A DNA stretch of 64,000 bases from Mobula hypostoma (taxonomy: Eukaryota), in the NCBI RefSeq assembly GCF_963921235.1, contig NC_086097.1, forward strand, positions 81,532,001-81,596,000, in the 5' to 3' direction. This document shows positions 25,057-38,249 of this stretch, in pieces. The first letter of the stretch is position 1. Each line of letters starts with the position of its first letter. A model generated the notes under the pieces. It made no database searches. It saw nothing but the letters and a program-made list of their open reading frames with translations, and had not been told where the DNA came from. A program made the translations under genes and the position numbers.

Positions 25057-26012
25057 CACTCAGTGGCCATTTTATTAGGGTCGCCTGTACACCTGCTCAT
25101 CAATGCAACTAACTCGTCAAAAAGGTTGGATCCATCCTTGGCTACAATCCAGATTTTGAGTTAGTGGTGGAGAGGAGGTCACTAAACAAACTGTTATCCA
25201 TTATGGACAATCAGGCACATCCTCCCCATGACTTACTGAATAAACAGCAGAGCACCCTTTCGAATGGACTCTTTCAGCTCCACTGTAATAAGGACTGCTA
25301 CATAAAATCTTTCCTCCCAAATGCAATAAGCCTATATAGAGCAGTTCATCTCTGTGAGACAGGAGAATAAGTCTCTGTTTTATTATTTTGTACATTATTG
25401 CACATTGGTACATTATTGAGATGTATTATTATTCTGTACATTATTATTAGTTAAGTCTGTACATTGCTAAATATGTTTTTAATTGTTGCTGCTCTAACAA
25501 AAGAATTTCCCACTCGGGATCAATAAAATACTTATTACTATCTACCCTGTTTGTAATTAACCAATCACGTGACAGCAACTCAATGCATAAAAACATGCAG
25601 ACATGGTTAAGAGGTTCAGTTGTTTAGACCAATCTTCAGAAATATGATCTAAATGACTGACTATGGAATGATTGTGGTGCCACACAAGGTGGTTTGAGTT
25701 TCTCAGAAACTGCTGATCTCCTGGGATTTTCATGCATAACAGTCTCTACAGTTACAGAGAATGGTGTGGAAAAACAAACCAAAAACAACCAGTGAGCTGC
25801 AGTTCTGTGGGTAAAAATGAGAGAGGACAGAGGAGAATGGCCAGGCAGGTTCAAGCTGACAGGAAGGTGACAATAACTCACATAACCACTTGTCACAACA
25901 ATGCTGTGCAGAAGAGCATTTCTGAATGCACAACACTTCAAACCTTGTGCTACAACAGCAGCAGATCAGAAATATACACTCTGGCCACACCGAAGAAAGT
26001 GGCCACTGAATG
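25057..26012 (+). mobile_element. Internally deleted Tc1-like element
   Basis: TA|cactcagtggccatttt ... aaagtggccactgaatg|TA; transposase N-terminal remnant RGQRRMARQVQADRKVTITHITT. Confidence 0.8.
25105..25545 (+). mobile_element. Rex1 LINE 3' fragment nested in the Tc1-like element
   Basis: VVERRSLNKLLSIMDNQAHPPH..KSFLPNAISLY; end aatttcccactcgggatcaataaa. Confidence 0.8.
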
Positions 26013-26969
26013 TACGTCCTCTAGTATTCTATTACTATTCTCCTCACCACTTACCACGTCTGAAGGATGTATTCCCTACAAATTACATAAATTCTGCCCT
26101 GCACACCAGGCCTTGCCAGTAACACATGCTAACACGAAAGATCCCCCAATGTTCTGTCATTTTATCACATCCTTCCTAAAAATCTTACCACTTTTTTCAA
26201 ATAATTTTTTCTGTTCCAAGTTGATACAGGTAGCCTTTAGTTTTAAACTTTGCCTTCTCACTGTGGAGACATCCAAGATTCATTTCACAGTGTTTCAAGT
26301 TCACGTTCCTTGTAAGTTTGCTGACAGAAACCTTGAGTTTGTCATCATTTTAAAATCTTCACACCTTCCCTAGTCCAATTGTCATTTCTCTCGATGGTGC
26401 AACAAACCTCTGGCTTGAACCTACATCATATGTCTGAAGTAGAAGAATCTGGCTGTTTTCATTGGTAACTGAGGAGGAACACACTCAACTGTGCACTTAG
26501 CAAGGGAAAATAGAGAAGATGTTACCATTCCTTTCTATAAGGTTCAAGACAAATTTCTAATTTTCACACCGGGATAGGGTGACCGAGTATATAACTCTGA
26601 ATATGTTACATAATTATATTAAACAATTTGTGACATTAGCACTCCCAACTTCCTTGTCTCTTCAAGCCAGACAGACACAGCAACTCTCGGGTACAGCCGA
26701 CATTCCAACCTGAATAATAATGTCATGTCACTAAAAATAAAAGGACTAAATTTGAGGAAGAAGATATGAAAACCATGACTAGAATTATAAAAGATTAGTC
26801 GCAAGTAGTTCAGACTTCTAGTGTTTATAAAGGCAATTTACACTATAGCTCAGAGCTGTATAAAATGTGCAAACATATTCATGTTGAACAGCTGCATTAC
26901 AGGGTTACTGCAGTAGTCCCTCAAAATTACATATAGTTTTCTTATCAGTTTTGTTTCAACAAAATAGTC

Positions 26970-28725
26970 CACAAGACATAACAGCAGAATTAGGCCATTT
27001 GGCATATTCAGTATAGCTCAACCATTGCTCATTTCTTTTCCCTCACAACCCTATCCTTGTGCCTTATCTCCATAACCGTACTTACCAAAAAACCCATCAA
27101 CCTTCACTTTAAACATATCAAATGACCTGGCCTCTACACCTCTCTGTGGCAATGAATTCCACACCCTCTGGTTAAAGGAATTCCTCATATCCGTCCCTCT
27201 TGTCCTAAACTCTCCCACTATTGGAAACATCCCCTCAACATCCACTCTATCCAGCTTTCCCAAAATTCATTAGGTTTCAATGAGAAAACACCACCCCCAC
27301 TGCATTCTTCTAAACTTCAGTGAGTGAAAGCCCATAGTCATCAAACATTCCACATACATCAACCTTCCATTCCTGGATCATTCTTGTGAACCTCCACTAG
27401 ATCCTCTCCAATGCCAGCAAGCCTTTCTTAGATAAGGGGCCCAAACCTTCTCACAATACTCCAAGTGCAATCTGACCAATGCATTTTAAAACCTGAGCAT
27501 TATATCCTTGCTTTTGCATTCTAGTCCTCTCGAAATGAATGCTAACATTGCATTTGCCTTCATTACTACCGACTCAACCTGCAAGTTAACCTTTAGGGAA
27601 TCCTGCATGAGGACCCCCCCACCCCCCGCCAAGTCCCTTTGCACCTTCAATTTCAGAACTTGCTTCCCATTTAGAAAATAATCTGTACTTTTATTCCTTC
27701 TACCAAAGTGGGTGACCACACACTTCTCATACAATTCACTTGCTGTATTCCATCTACCTCTTCTTTAGCCATTCTCCTCACCTACCCAAATCCTTCTGCC
27801 ATCCACCTGCTTCCTCAACACTGCCTCCCCCTCCACCTATCTTTGTATCATCAACAAACTGGGCCACAAAGACATCAATTCCATCATCCAGATCATTAAC
27901 ATATAACGTTAAAAGTAGCTGACCCTACCTTAGCCCCTGTGCAGCACCACTAGTTGCCAGGAGCCAACCAGAAAAGACATCCTTTACTCCCATTCTTTCT
28001 TTCCAGCCAGTCAGCCAATCTTCTGTCCATGCTAGTATCTTTCATGTCCTACCATGGGCTCTTATTTTGACTAGCAGCCTCATGTGCTGTTGTCAAAGTC
28101 CATCTGAAAATCCAAGTAAAGAACATCCACTTACTCTCCTTTGTCTATCCTGCCTATTATTTCCTCAAAGAATTCCAAAAGATTTGTCAGGCAAGATCTA
28201 CCCTTAAGGAAACCATGCTGATGGCAGCCTATTTTATTGTGTACCCCCAAGTACCCCAAAGCCTCATTCTTAATAATAACTCCCATACCTTGCCAATCAC
28301 TGAAGTCAGATAATCTGGCCTATAATTTCCTGTCTTTTGCCTCCCTCCTTCTTAAAGAGTGGAGTGACTCTTGTGATTTTCCTGTCCCCTGGAACCATTC
28401 CAGAACCTAATGATTTTTGAAAAATTATTACTAATGTGTCCCCGATATCTTTAGCTACCTCTTTCAGAACTCTGGGCTGTTGTCCTTCAGGTCCAGGTGA
28501 TTTATCTAACTTCCAACCTTTCAGCTTCCCAAGCTCCTCAAATAATAGGAAGCACACTCACTTCTGCTTCCTGACACTCCTAAATTTCTAAAAAGCTACT
28601 GATGTGTTCCACAATGAAGCCTGATGCAACATCCTCAGTTCATCTGCCATTTCCTTGTTCCCTAATTCTACCTCTCCAGCATCATTTTCCGGCAGTCACT
28701 GTCCCTGTTGCCTCTCATTTACTCT
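26970..28725 (-). mobile_element. CR1 LINE fragment, decayed
   Basis: DKSPGPEG..PRVLKEVA, VTPLFKK, KANAMLAFISRGLE on the minus strand. Confidence 0.9.
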
Positions 28726-29033
28726 GAACAGTACTTAAAATTGCACCACTACAAAATATCATGCAAAAGTCTGCTTCCATTAATCAAGCTAAATGTTCAG
28801 CCTACAGCGTATAATGACAAGAGCACAGCAGGAAAAAGTACTGGTCTGGTAAATCATGCAATTGCAGTGCAATCATAAAATACTCTTCTCTCGATTAAAA
28901 ATGGCAATCTTATTTTTTATGATAAATATTAATATGCAGTAGGATCTGCCCATGCTTCCTATGATTTTGTCATCCAGTTGAAATAATAATTAATTTATAA
29001 TACATTAATTATAAAATAAATTAATAAAGTTAC

Positions 29034-29090
29034 CTGTTATCAGTAAGATGGAATGATTGATATAGGAATCTTCATTGAAAATTAATAACC
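29034..29090 (-). CDS. Candidate 57-nt internal exon of an unidentified host gene (coding status unproven)
   Basis: Acceptor ctctttatttcttttgcag|G and donor CAG|gtaact; only phase 1-1 is open: LLIFNEDSYINHSILLIT. Confidence 0.45.
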
Positions 29091-30214
29091 CTGCAAAAGA
29101 AATAAAGAGCCATATTAATAAATCCACCTTATGCAGTTCTTAGATCTATAGTTACCACAGTTTTATATTGACTCCGTACTGTGTGAACAAATAAATAACT
29201 TGATAAAGAACACGTTCCCGAAAACTCCCACAGGAAACCAGGATGATTTATTTCTTATCCCGCAGTGACTGGTTTTAATAATTGATGAATATAATTCTCT
29301 GCAACTCACAAAACCCTCACTTCTGTTCTCCTTTCCAAATGCGACATGGTTTCACTATCGAGTGCAAAAACTGAAGGGTAAATCAAGAGGTACCCAATAA
29401 AAAAAAGAGGGTCACTCTTCATAAAGAGCAGGTATGTTAGTGAAAAACAAAATTTTATTTTTATGTCAATGGAATATAAAAGGTAAATTCCATAAAATGC
29501 TTGTTTACTTTTATCCAGCACTGAGCTTGGCCTTGAAAGTGTTGTTCTGGAAAACTTCGAATTAAATATAATAATTGATCCAAAAATAGTTACAAAAGTG
29601 GTAATTCACAGCATCGTTTGTGCTAAACTTCCACGTGCAACATTCATAATCCAGAATGGAAAACTGAACTCCACCTTGTTTTATTAAGGAAATCTGCTGC
29701 GATTTGTAAAATGAAAGATATTTACCAGCAACACTCAGTTCCATTCTATGCCTGTGCTTTATCCTTTAAAATTGCTGCAGGAGAAGCAAAGGATCAGTCA
29801 TTTTGTATGGGACTTGTGCTGTGACATCAATAAGTTCTACACCAGCGACCTCACAAACAGGGAGACCAACACACAGTCAAACAACCATCCTGATACTAAA
29901 ACAGCAGGAAGCATCACCATACAAGCCATCTGTCCCAAGCTACTTCTAAATACCAACTTTGACAAAAAGAGCACCCCAACCGACGAGTGTATCAGTAACT
30001 TTTGTTCTGAACATATGATTTGCATTGCAATTCAGCAGAATATAATTACCTGTGAAAACAAAAGTTTGCAGTAGTTTTGAATTCTTTAGTTTCACTCATT
30101 TCATTTCCATGCAGCTGGAAAGCAGAACATGCCCAATAACTGTGAAAGTACAACACTAGTCTATCTCTAGGCAACCCAAAAAGACACTGGGAGAAGATCC
30201 TTGGAAACCAATAA

Positions 30215-31590
30215 TTTAAGTTCCAACATGTTCCAGATGACTTTTTTTTATATAAGCTTTTAAAAACCAACAGACGGCAACTAAAGAAGTTATTAAGAAG
30301 GTAAAGATGGAATAAGAAAGTAAGCTAGCCAATAACATTAAAATGTATACCAAAAGTTTCTTCAGTTACATAAATTGTGAAAGAGCGGCAAGAGTGAATA
30401 TCAGACTGCTGGAAAATGATGCTGGAGAGGTAGTAATGGGGCATAATGAAATGGTAGACGAACTGAATAAGTATTTTGCATCAGTCTTCACTGTGCAAGA
30501 CACTAGTAGTATGGTGGAAGTTCCAGGTGTCAGGAGGCATGAAGCCTGCGAAGTTACCATGACCGGAGAGAAGGTCCTTAAGAAACTGAAAGGTCCGAAG
30601 GTAGATAAATTACTGGAACCAGATGTTTACACCCCAGAGTTCAGAAAGTGTTGACTGAAGAGATCGTGGAGACATTAGTAATTCAGGAATCACTTAATTC
30701 TGGAATGGTTCTGGAAGATTGGAAAATTGCAAATGTCACTCCACTCTTTTTACGTTACATGTCAATGATTTGGATGATGGAATCGATGGCTTTGTTGCAA
30801 AGTTTGCAGACAATATGAAGATAGGTGGAGGGGCAGGTAGTTCTGAGGAAGTAGAGAGGCTACAGAAGGACTTAGGCAGATTAGGAGAATGGGCAAAGAA
30901 ATGGCAGATGGAATATAATGCTGGGAAGTGTATGGTCGTGCACTTTGGCAGAAGAAATGAAAGGGTTGACTAATTTCTAAATGGAGAGAAAATACAAAAA
31001 ACTGAGGCACAAAGGGACTTGGGAGTCCTTGTGCAGGATTCCCTCAAGGGTAATTTGCAGGTTGAGTCCGTGATGAGGAAGGCAAATGCAATGTTAGCAT
31101 TAATTTAAGACAACTAGAATACAAAAGTAAGGATGTAATATTCAGGTTTGTTAAAGCACTGGTGAGGCCTCACTTGGAGTATTGTGAGCAGTTTTCACTG
31201 GCTTGTATTCACTGGAATTCAGAAGAATAAGGGGGGGACCTCATTGAAACCTATCTAATGGTGAAAGGTCTTGGATGTGGACGGGATGTTTCCTATGGTG
31301 GGACAGCCTAAGACCCGAGGACACAGCCTCAGAATAGAGGGGTGCTCTTTGAGAACAGAAATGAGGAGTAATTTTTTTTAACCAGAGAGTGGTGAATCTG
31401 TGGAGGCCAAGTCTTTATGTATATTTAAGGCAGAGATGACAGGTTCTTGATTGGTCAGGGCATGAAGAGATACTGGGAAAAGGCAGGATACTGGGGCCGA
31501 GAGGGAATTTGGATCAGCCATAATGAAATGGCGGAGCAGACTCGATGGGCCAAATGGCCAAAATCTGCTCATATATCTTATGGTCTCATG
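30215..31590 (+). mobile_element. CR1 LINE fragment with internal deletions
   Basis: TKSFFSYIN, ELNKYFASVFT, VAKFADNMKIGG, EWAKKWQMEYN; tail atcttatggtctcatg. Confidence 0.9.
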
Positions 31591-31829
31591 TGGTTCACAT
31601 ACCGCCCTCGATAATAGGTCAATATTGACAACAGATTATTTTGCAGGGTTTTCAAGGATTGCTCTCAGATTAATCTCACTTCTTTTGGCCAACATTTACT
31701 TCTGATCTACTGAGACACATCTACATGCATGATCCACATGCAAAACTCCAGAGTTGCCTAAGAAAGTCCTCTACATAGAATTTTAAACATGGAATTATGT
31801 AGAGCAATATCATGAGATTAGACATGAAC

Positions 31830-32226
31830 AATAATGTTGAAATGTCTTAAGCACCCTAGAGTTTTTAAAATATGGTTTCATATAGTATGGCCTCCATAGA
31901 CCCCTGATCCCAAAAGCATCAATGCTGTCTGGGATTTTCTAGAGAGACAGAAGTCGGCAGAAGAATTGTGGTAAGTTCTCCAAGATGCCTGGAACAACCT
32001 ACCAGCTAATTTTCACTGCATGACAGTGTCCTAAGAGAATTAATGCAATTTTAAAGGCAATGGATGGCCACCCAAATATTGATTTGATTTCAATTTTTTT
32101 TTAACTGTTTACTGCTCTTTATAGTAATTTTTTGATATTTAGAAACTTTTCTATTCATTATTTTTGAAAGCATATTTGCTTTAGCATTCTTTTTTAGCAT
32201 GTGCCTAAGACTTTTGCACAGTATTG
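31830..32226 (+). mobile_element. Tc1 deletion derivative (transposase C-terminus plus right TIR)
   Basis: WPP*TPDP..INAVWD..LQDAWNNLP; ends gtgcctaagacttttgcacagtattg|TA; degenerate left TIR near 31840. Confidence 0.7.
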
Positions 32227-32280
32227 TAGTTAAATTTCAAATCCCATTTAAATTCAGCTAGACATCTTGAAAATACTTGA

Positions 32281-32892
32281 GCAACACACACATAATGCTG
32301 GAGGAGCTCAACAGGTAGCATCAATGGAAACGAATAAATAGTCAATATTTCTGACTGAACTCCATCTTCAAGACTGGAAGGAAGGGGGAAGCTACCAGAA
32401 TAAAATGGTAGGGGAGGGGAAGGAGGCTAGCTGGAAAGTGACTGGTGGGGGGGGGGTGCGGGGGGAGCCAGGTGGATGGAAAAGATAAAGGGCTGGAGAT
32501 GAACAAATCGGATAGGACATGAGTGAACCGTGGGAGAAAGGGAAGGAAGGGCACCAGAAGGAGGTGACAGGCAGGTGAAGAGAGGTAAGAGGCCAAAGTG
32601 GGAAATAGAAGAGGGAAGGAGAGAATTATTTATTTTACTACAGGAAGGAGAAATCCATGTTCATGCCATCAGTTTAGAGGCTACCTAACGGAATATGATG
32701 TTGCTCCTCTACCCTGAGAGTGGCCTCATCATGGAAACGGAGGTGGTCATGGACCAACAAATGGGAATGGGGATAGGAGTTAAAATGGTTAGCCACGAGG
32801 AAATTTCAATCTAAGTGGATGGAGTGGCAGTGTTTGCAAGCACGGTTCCCCAATTTACATTGGATTTCATCAATGCAGAGGAGGCCGCATCA
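32281..32892 (-). mobile_element. Neptune PLE 3' fragment, older subfamily
   Basis: Homologous to 5686-6277. Confidence 0.8.
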
Positions 32893-33769
32893 GGTAAAAT
32901 ACAGGCAAAACACTTGTTTGCCTGTAGCATCCAGTACAGGTTACTGCCCAAATAGCACAATTTCACACGACATTTTCCAAAAGACATCAATAAGCCGATG
33001 CCAATACAAATCGTTCAGTGCATGAGGGAATAAACTGAGGTGCCACATTGCTCATTGCTGGCTTGTGTGTTCTAATCTGTATTTTTAACTAATGTACTAA
33101 TCAGTCGAATTATTTCTCCTGTATTTGTAATTATTACCAGCAGAGCCACCACCGTGCTAATGCTTCACCATTCCTCCCCTCCAGAAGAAATCGGAGAAAG
33201 CAACAGGAGAAAATATGAGCTGCAGGCCCCTCAAGCCAGCCCAATCTTTCAAGGTGATCATGGCCGATTTCTGCTGGTCTTGGCTCCTTTTCTATTCTCA
33301 TTTTGTACAATGCTCAATTCTTTGATCTTTCAAACATTTATCCATCTCCATCTTCAATTTATCTAATGGCTTGACCTCAACCACCTTTGGGGGCAGAGAA
33401 TTCCAGAGATCCACTATCCTCAAAGATTCACTTCAGTTGACTTAAAAAAGAAAACATTATTTTATTCAAATTACCATTGCAATCAGGATGTTTACACAAT
33501 AATTCCAACAACATGGTAAATCTTCCTTGCTAGCAACCATCCCCACATCATATTCTTGATTTGCAACTTAAGAAATATGTGCAAAAACAAGAGTATTCAA
33601 TCTCTCATGCATCATTTAGTATGACATAATTTATCATTCATCTCAACACTATTTTCCTGACTTACCCCAGGATATTCCTTTAATATCCTGAAAGCTTTTG
33701 ATATCTACCTCCACAGCTCTCTGGGAGTGTGCACTGCAAAACTTCACCACCTTGTGTGAAAAAAAATCT

Positions 33770-34018
33770 AAACAGGAATTCTGCAGATGCTGGAAATTCA
33801 AGCAACACACATCAAAGTTGCTGGTGAACTCAGCAGGCCAGGCAGCATCTGTAGGAAGAGGTGCAGTCAACGTTTCAGGCCGAGACCCTTCGTCTGCAGT
33901 CGACGTTTCAGGCCGAGACTCTTCGTCAGGACTGACGAAGGGTCTCGGCCTGAAACGTTGACTGCACCTCTTCCTACAGATGCTGCCTGGCTCCTGCTGC
34001 GTTCACCAGCAACTTTGA
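33770..34018. mobile_element. 249-bp fold-back insertion made only of PLE tails with hammerhead cores
   Basis: 15-bp TSD tgtgaaaaaaaatct (33755-33769, 34019-34033); inverted arms meet at cttcgtcag-ga-ctgacgaag. Confidence 0.9.
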
Positions 34019-36693
34019 TGTGAAAAAAAATCTCTTCACTTCAGTTCTTTATGGCCTGTGCTTGTGTTCATAAATCTTTGCACGTGGCAGTGCAGAGTCA
34101 CAAAACATGTGCTGAGACATCACATCATGCAATGTCACCTCAACTTCAATGACAAATGAAACACATTTGAAAACCAGAGACCTGCTGCATGTTGCATAAT
34201 CTAGCATCTAACTTGCTAAATTGTGAAGTTAAACATATTGTCCAAGCACGCGCCATGGAATCTGATGGCATACAAATGCAAGACTGGATACCTTTTATAG
34301 GTTTATAATCAGAAACGACACCAATGCAGTTTGGGGATCCCCTCATGAACCTCAGATACTTCACAATACTAGAGGTCGGCTTCAGTGAAACTTCATTGAG
34401 ATGTGGACAAATTATTTTTCTTGCCCAAGTTGACATTACATAGCATAGCACTTCTGGCTGCTTGCCCTTCTGCTCAAGAATGTTCTGCAACCACTCAAAG
34501 ATATACTGGACACACTAGGATGTCCCACCAACAACACAGGTTTGAAATGTGAAGAACACATATAAAATGCTGGAGGAAACCAGCAGTTTAGGCAGCATTT
34601 ATGGAGGGAAATAGACAGTTGACATTTTGGGCTGAGAACTTTCATCTGGATATCCAACTGCAAAATTGGCTACGTTCCCTCATCTCCTGTCTCAGGCAAA
34701 GAAAGGGCACAAGGAATAAAAGCCATTGATAATGCAAGGCATTTTCATTTGAGGTATTACAAGTATCCCAGAATCACGATCTCAAACTGAACATTCAATA
34801 GTCCACCTCAAACAATAGGCTCATCTTAGTTTCCCAGCGATAAGATCTGAGCATTATACATTTGAGCCACAGAATATAGTTCCTGTATTAAGCAGTGGTT
34901 AGGCCACAACTGATTATTGCATTAAATTCTGGTCACCACACATTAGGAAACATTCAAGTGTGAGAAGGTGTGCAGGAAAGATCAACTGCCACAAACCTGC
35001 CTGTCCAGATAGACCCATTGTCTCAGCTTGCTCCTGCCCCACCGAACTCATTTCCACATACCTCAACACTGTTTTATCCCCCCTTGTTCAATCCCTTCCC
35101 ATGTTCGTGACACTTCTCACACTCTGAATTTTTTTTGATGATTTTAAGTTCCCTGGCCCCCACCGCTTTATTTTCACCATGGATGTCCAGTCCCTATATA
35201 CTTCCATCCCCCAGCAGGAAGGTCTCAAAGCTCTACGCTTCTTTTTGGATTCCAGACTTAACCAGTTCCCCTCTACCACCACTCTGCTCTGTCTAGCGGA
35301 ATTAGTCCTTACTCTTAATAATTTCTCCTTTGGCTCCTCCCACTTCCTCCAAACTAAGGTGTAGCCATGGGCACCCGTATCGGTCCCAGCTATGCTGGCC
35401 TTTTTGTTGGCTTTGTGGAACAATCCATGTTCCAAGCCTATACTGGTATCTGTCCCCCACTTTTACTTCGCTACATCAAGGGCTGCATTGGTGCTGCTTC
35501 CTGCACGCATGCTGTGCTCGTTGACTTCATTAACTTTGCCTCCAACTTTCACCCTGCCCTCAAGTTTACCTGGTCCATTTCCCACACCTCCCTCCCCTTT
35601 CTTCATCTTTCTGTCTCTATCTCTGGAGACAGCTTATCTACTCATGTCTACAATAAGCCTACGGACTCTCACAGCTACCTGGACTACTCCTTTTCCCACC
35701 CTGTCTCTTGCAAAAATGCCATCCCCTTCTTGCAATTACTCCGTCTCTGCCGCATCTGCTCTCAGGATGAGACTTTTCATTCCAGGACGAAGGAGATGTC
35801 CTCCATTTTTAATGAAAGGGGCTTCCCTTCCCAACTCTGCTCTCAAACGAATCTCTCCCATTTCACGCACATCTGCTCTCACCCCATCCTCCCGCCACCC
35901 TACTAGGAATAGGGTTCCCCTTGTCCTCACCTACCACCCCACCGGCCTCCAGGTCCAACATATTATTCTCCGTAACTTCTGCCACCTCCAACGGGATCCC
36001 ACCACTAAGCTCATCTTTCCCTCCCCCCCTCTCTCTGCATTCCGCAGGGATCGCTCCCTACACAACTCCCTTGTCCATTCGTCCCCCCCATCCCTCCCTA
36101 TTGATCTCCCTCCTGGCACTTATCCGTGTAAGCGGAACAAGTGCTACACATGCCCTTACACTTCCTCCCTTACCACCATTCAGGGCCCCAGACAGTCCTT
36201 CCAGGTGAGCAACACTTCACCTGTGAATTGGCTGGGGTGATATACTACGTCCGGTGCTCCCGATGCGGCCTTCTATATATTGGCGAGAACCGACACAGGC
36301 TGGGAGACCGTTTCGCTGAACACCTACGCTCTTGTCCACCAGAGAAATCAGGATCTCCCAATGGCCACACATTTTAATTCCACGTCCCATTCCCATTCTG
36401 GTATGTCTATCCACGGCTTCCTCTACTGTCAAGATGAGGCCACACTCAGGTTGGAGGAAGAACACCTTATATTCCAGCTGGGTAACCTCCAACCTGATGG
36501 CATGAAAATTGACTTCTCTAACTTCCGTTAATGCCCCACCTCCCCTTCGTACCCCATCTGTTATTTATTTATTATTATTAATTTTTTTCCTCTCTCTCTC
36601 TTTTTTCTCCCTCTGTCCCTCTCACTATACTCCTTGCCCATCCTCTGGGCTTCCCCCCTCCCCCTTTCTTTCTCCCTAGGCCTCCTGTCCCAT

Positions 36694-37023
36694 AGATAGA
36701 TAGATAGATAGATAGACAGATAGACAGACATACTTTATTGATCCCGAGGGAAATTGGGTTTCATTACAGTTACACCAAGCAAGAATAGAGTATAAATATA
36801 GCAATATAAAACCATAAATAATTAAATAATATGTAAATTATGCCAGATGGAAATAAGTCCAGGATCATCCCATTGGCTCAGGGTATCTGACTCTCCAAGG
36901 GAGGAGTTGTAAAGTTTGATAGCCACAGGCAGGAATGACTTCCTATGACGCTCAGTGTTGCATCTCGGTGGAATGAGTCTCTGGCTGAATGTACTCCTGC
37001 GCCCAACCAGTACATTATGTAGT
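36694..37023 (-). mobile_element. Rex1 LINE 3' fragment with (TCTA)n tail nested in the PLE 3' UTR
   Basis: RSTFSQRLIPPRCNTERHRKSFLPVAIKLYNSS; ccctcgggatcaataaagta followed by (tcta)n. Confidence 0.85.
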
Positions 37024-37164
37024 AATCCTCTCATGATCCTCTCATATCCCTTTTGCCAATCAACTTTCCAGCTCTTAGCTCCATCCCTCCATCTCCTGTC
37101 TTCTCCTAACATTTCGGATCTCCCCCTCCCCCTCTCAAATCTCTTACTATCTCTTCTTTCAGTT

Positions 37165-37200
37165 AGTCCTGACGAAGGGTCTCAGCCCGAAACGTTGACT
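37165..37200 (+). ncRNA. Minimal hammerhead ribozyme motif
   Basis: agtc-CTGACGA-a-ggg(tctcag)ccc-GAAA-c-GTT-gact. Confidence 0.75.
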
Positions 37201-38249
37201 GTACCTCTTCCTATAGATGCTGCCTGGCCTGCTGCGTTCACCAGCAACTTTTGTGTGCGTAACATGGGGTTAATTATTGGAGATCGCCTTTTAAATGTAC
37301 ATATTCATTAAAGTGGTTTGCATAAAGAGAAGCTGTTCCTGTTTACATACAGTTGAAGGAACAGAATTTGAAAAGAAAAAAATGCAGCTGTGCATCAATT
37401 GAGGACTGGAAGAGGAGAATGAAATTTGAAGGCGGAATTAAAAGGACCATCTTATTTTCAAAAGGGAGTGGATATACACTGGAACCCACTGCCAGAAGGG
37501 TACACTCACATTATGGAAAGGTTGCCTTCTTCAAGAAATGTCCATATTACTATTTTCCATAATATGAACCCTGGACAAAAATTGACAAAATTTCTTGTTT
37601 CTTTCACACTGTTTATTTAATTTTCTTTATTCTAGCATAAATTCACTAATTGTGACTGTGTACTGGTTTCAATTTTTTTCCAAGTGATTTGTGAGATGCA
37701 CTGTATGATGCATAGGACTGTCTCTAAAGAGCAGAGAATGAAACCAAGTGGAGGGTTTTACCAACTGTTGGCAGAGACCTGATGGGCTGAATGGCCTCTG
37801 TTTGTGTTTTAAGATTTCCATTTTGCCAGGCCACCCATTGCTATAAATAGCATTCTGAAGAAAACAAAAGCAGCAGAAACCAGTATGAGCAGTCACATTT
37901 TCAGACTTATTTTATGCAATGCCAAAGAGCAATATAATATTAAAAACTGATAACACAGCTATAGAACTGTAGCACTAATCCCCTCACAAAAGAGTACTTT
38001 TTCATTGATCAAAACCTTGTCCTGGAAAAACCATTCATTACTGTCATTCAGAGCCAGGAATAATTGGTGACAGCAGAAACAGAAATATTGGATGTGCCAA
38101 GAGGCAAGTTGAGAAATCTTTTGGTAACAGTGCTTTCACTATAAATATGTGGTCAAAAAGGAGCAATTCCATCACACTCTTTTCAAAACATTAACCACGA
38201 GCAATTTTAGGATGTAATGGAGTGGAAACGAACAGGTTTGAACAGTTAG

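Larger units (their letters stand above)
34990..37258 (+). mobile_element. Neptune PLE, 5'-truncated (RT, Cys linker, GIY-YIG, tail), inserted in an old CR1 fragment
   Basis: RPIVS, MDVQSLYTSIP, GVAMGTRIGPSYA, LRYIKG (YIDD mutated), CKRNKCYTC, VIYYVRCSRCGLLYIGE; frameshifted. Confidence 0.95.

Noticed and set aside
26619..26710. Minus-strand exon after ttattattcag
   Set aside because: No convincing donor, stops in all frames, and no recognisable peptide.
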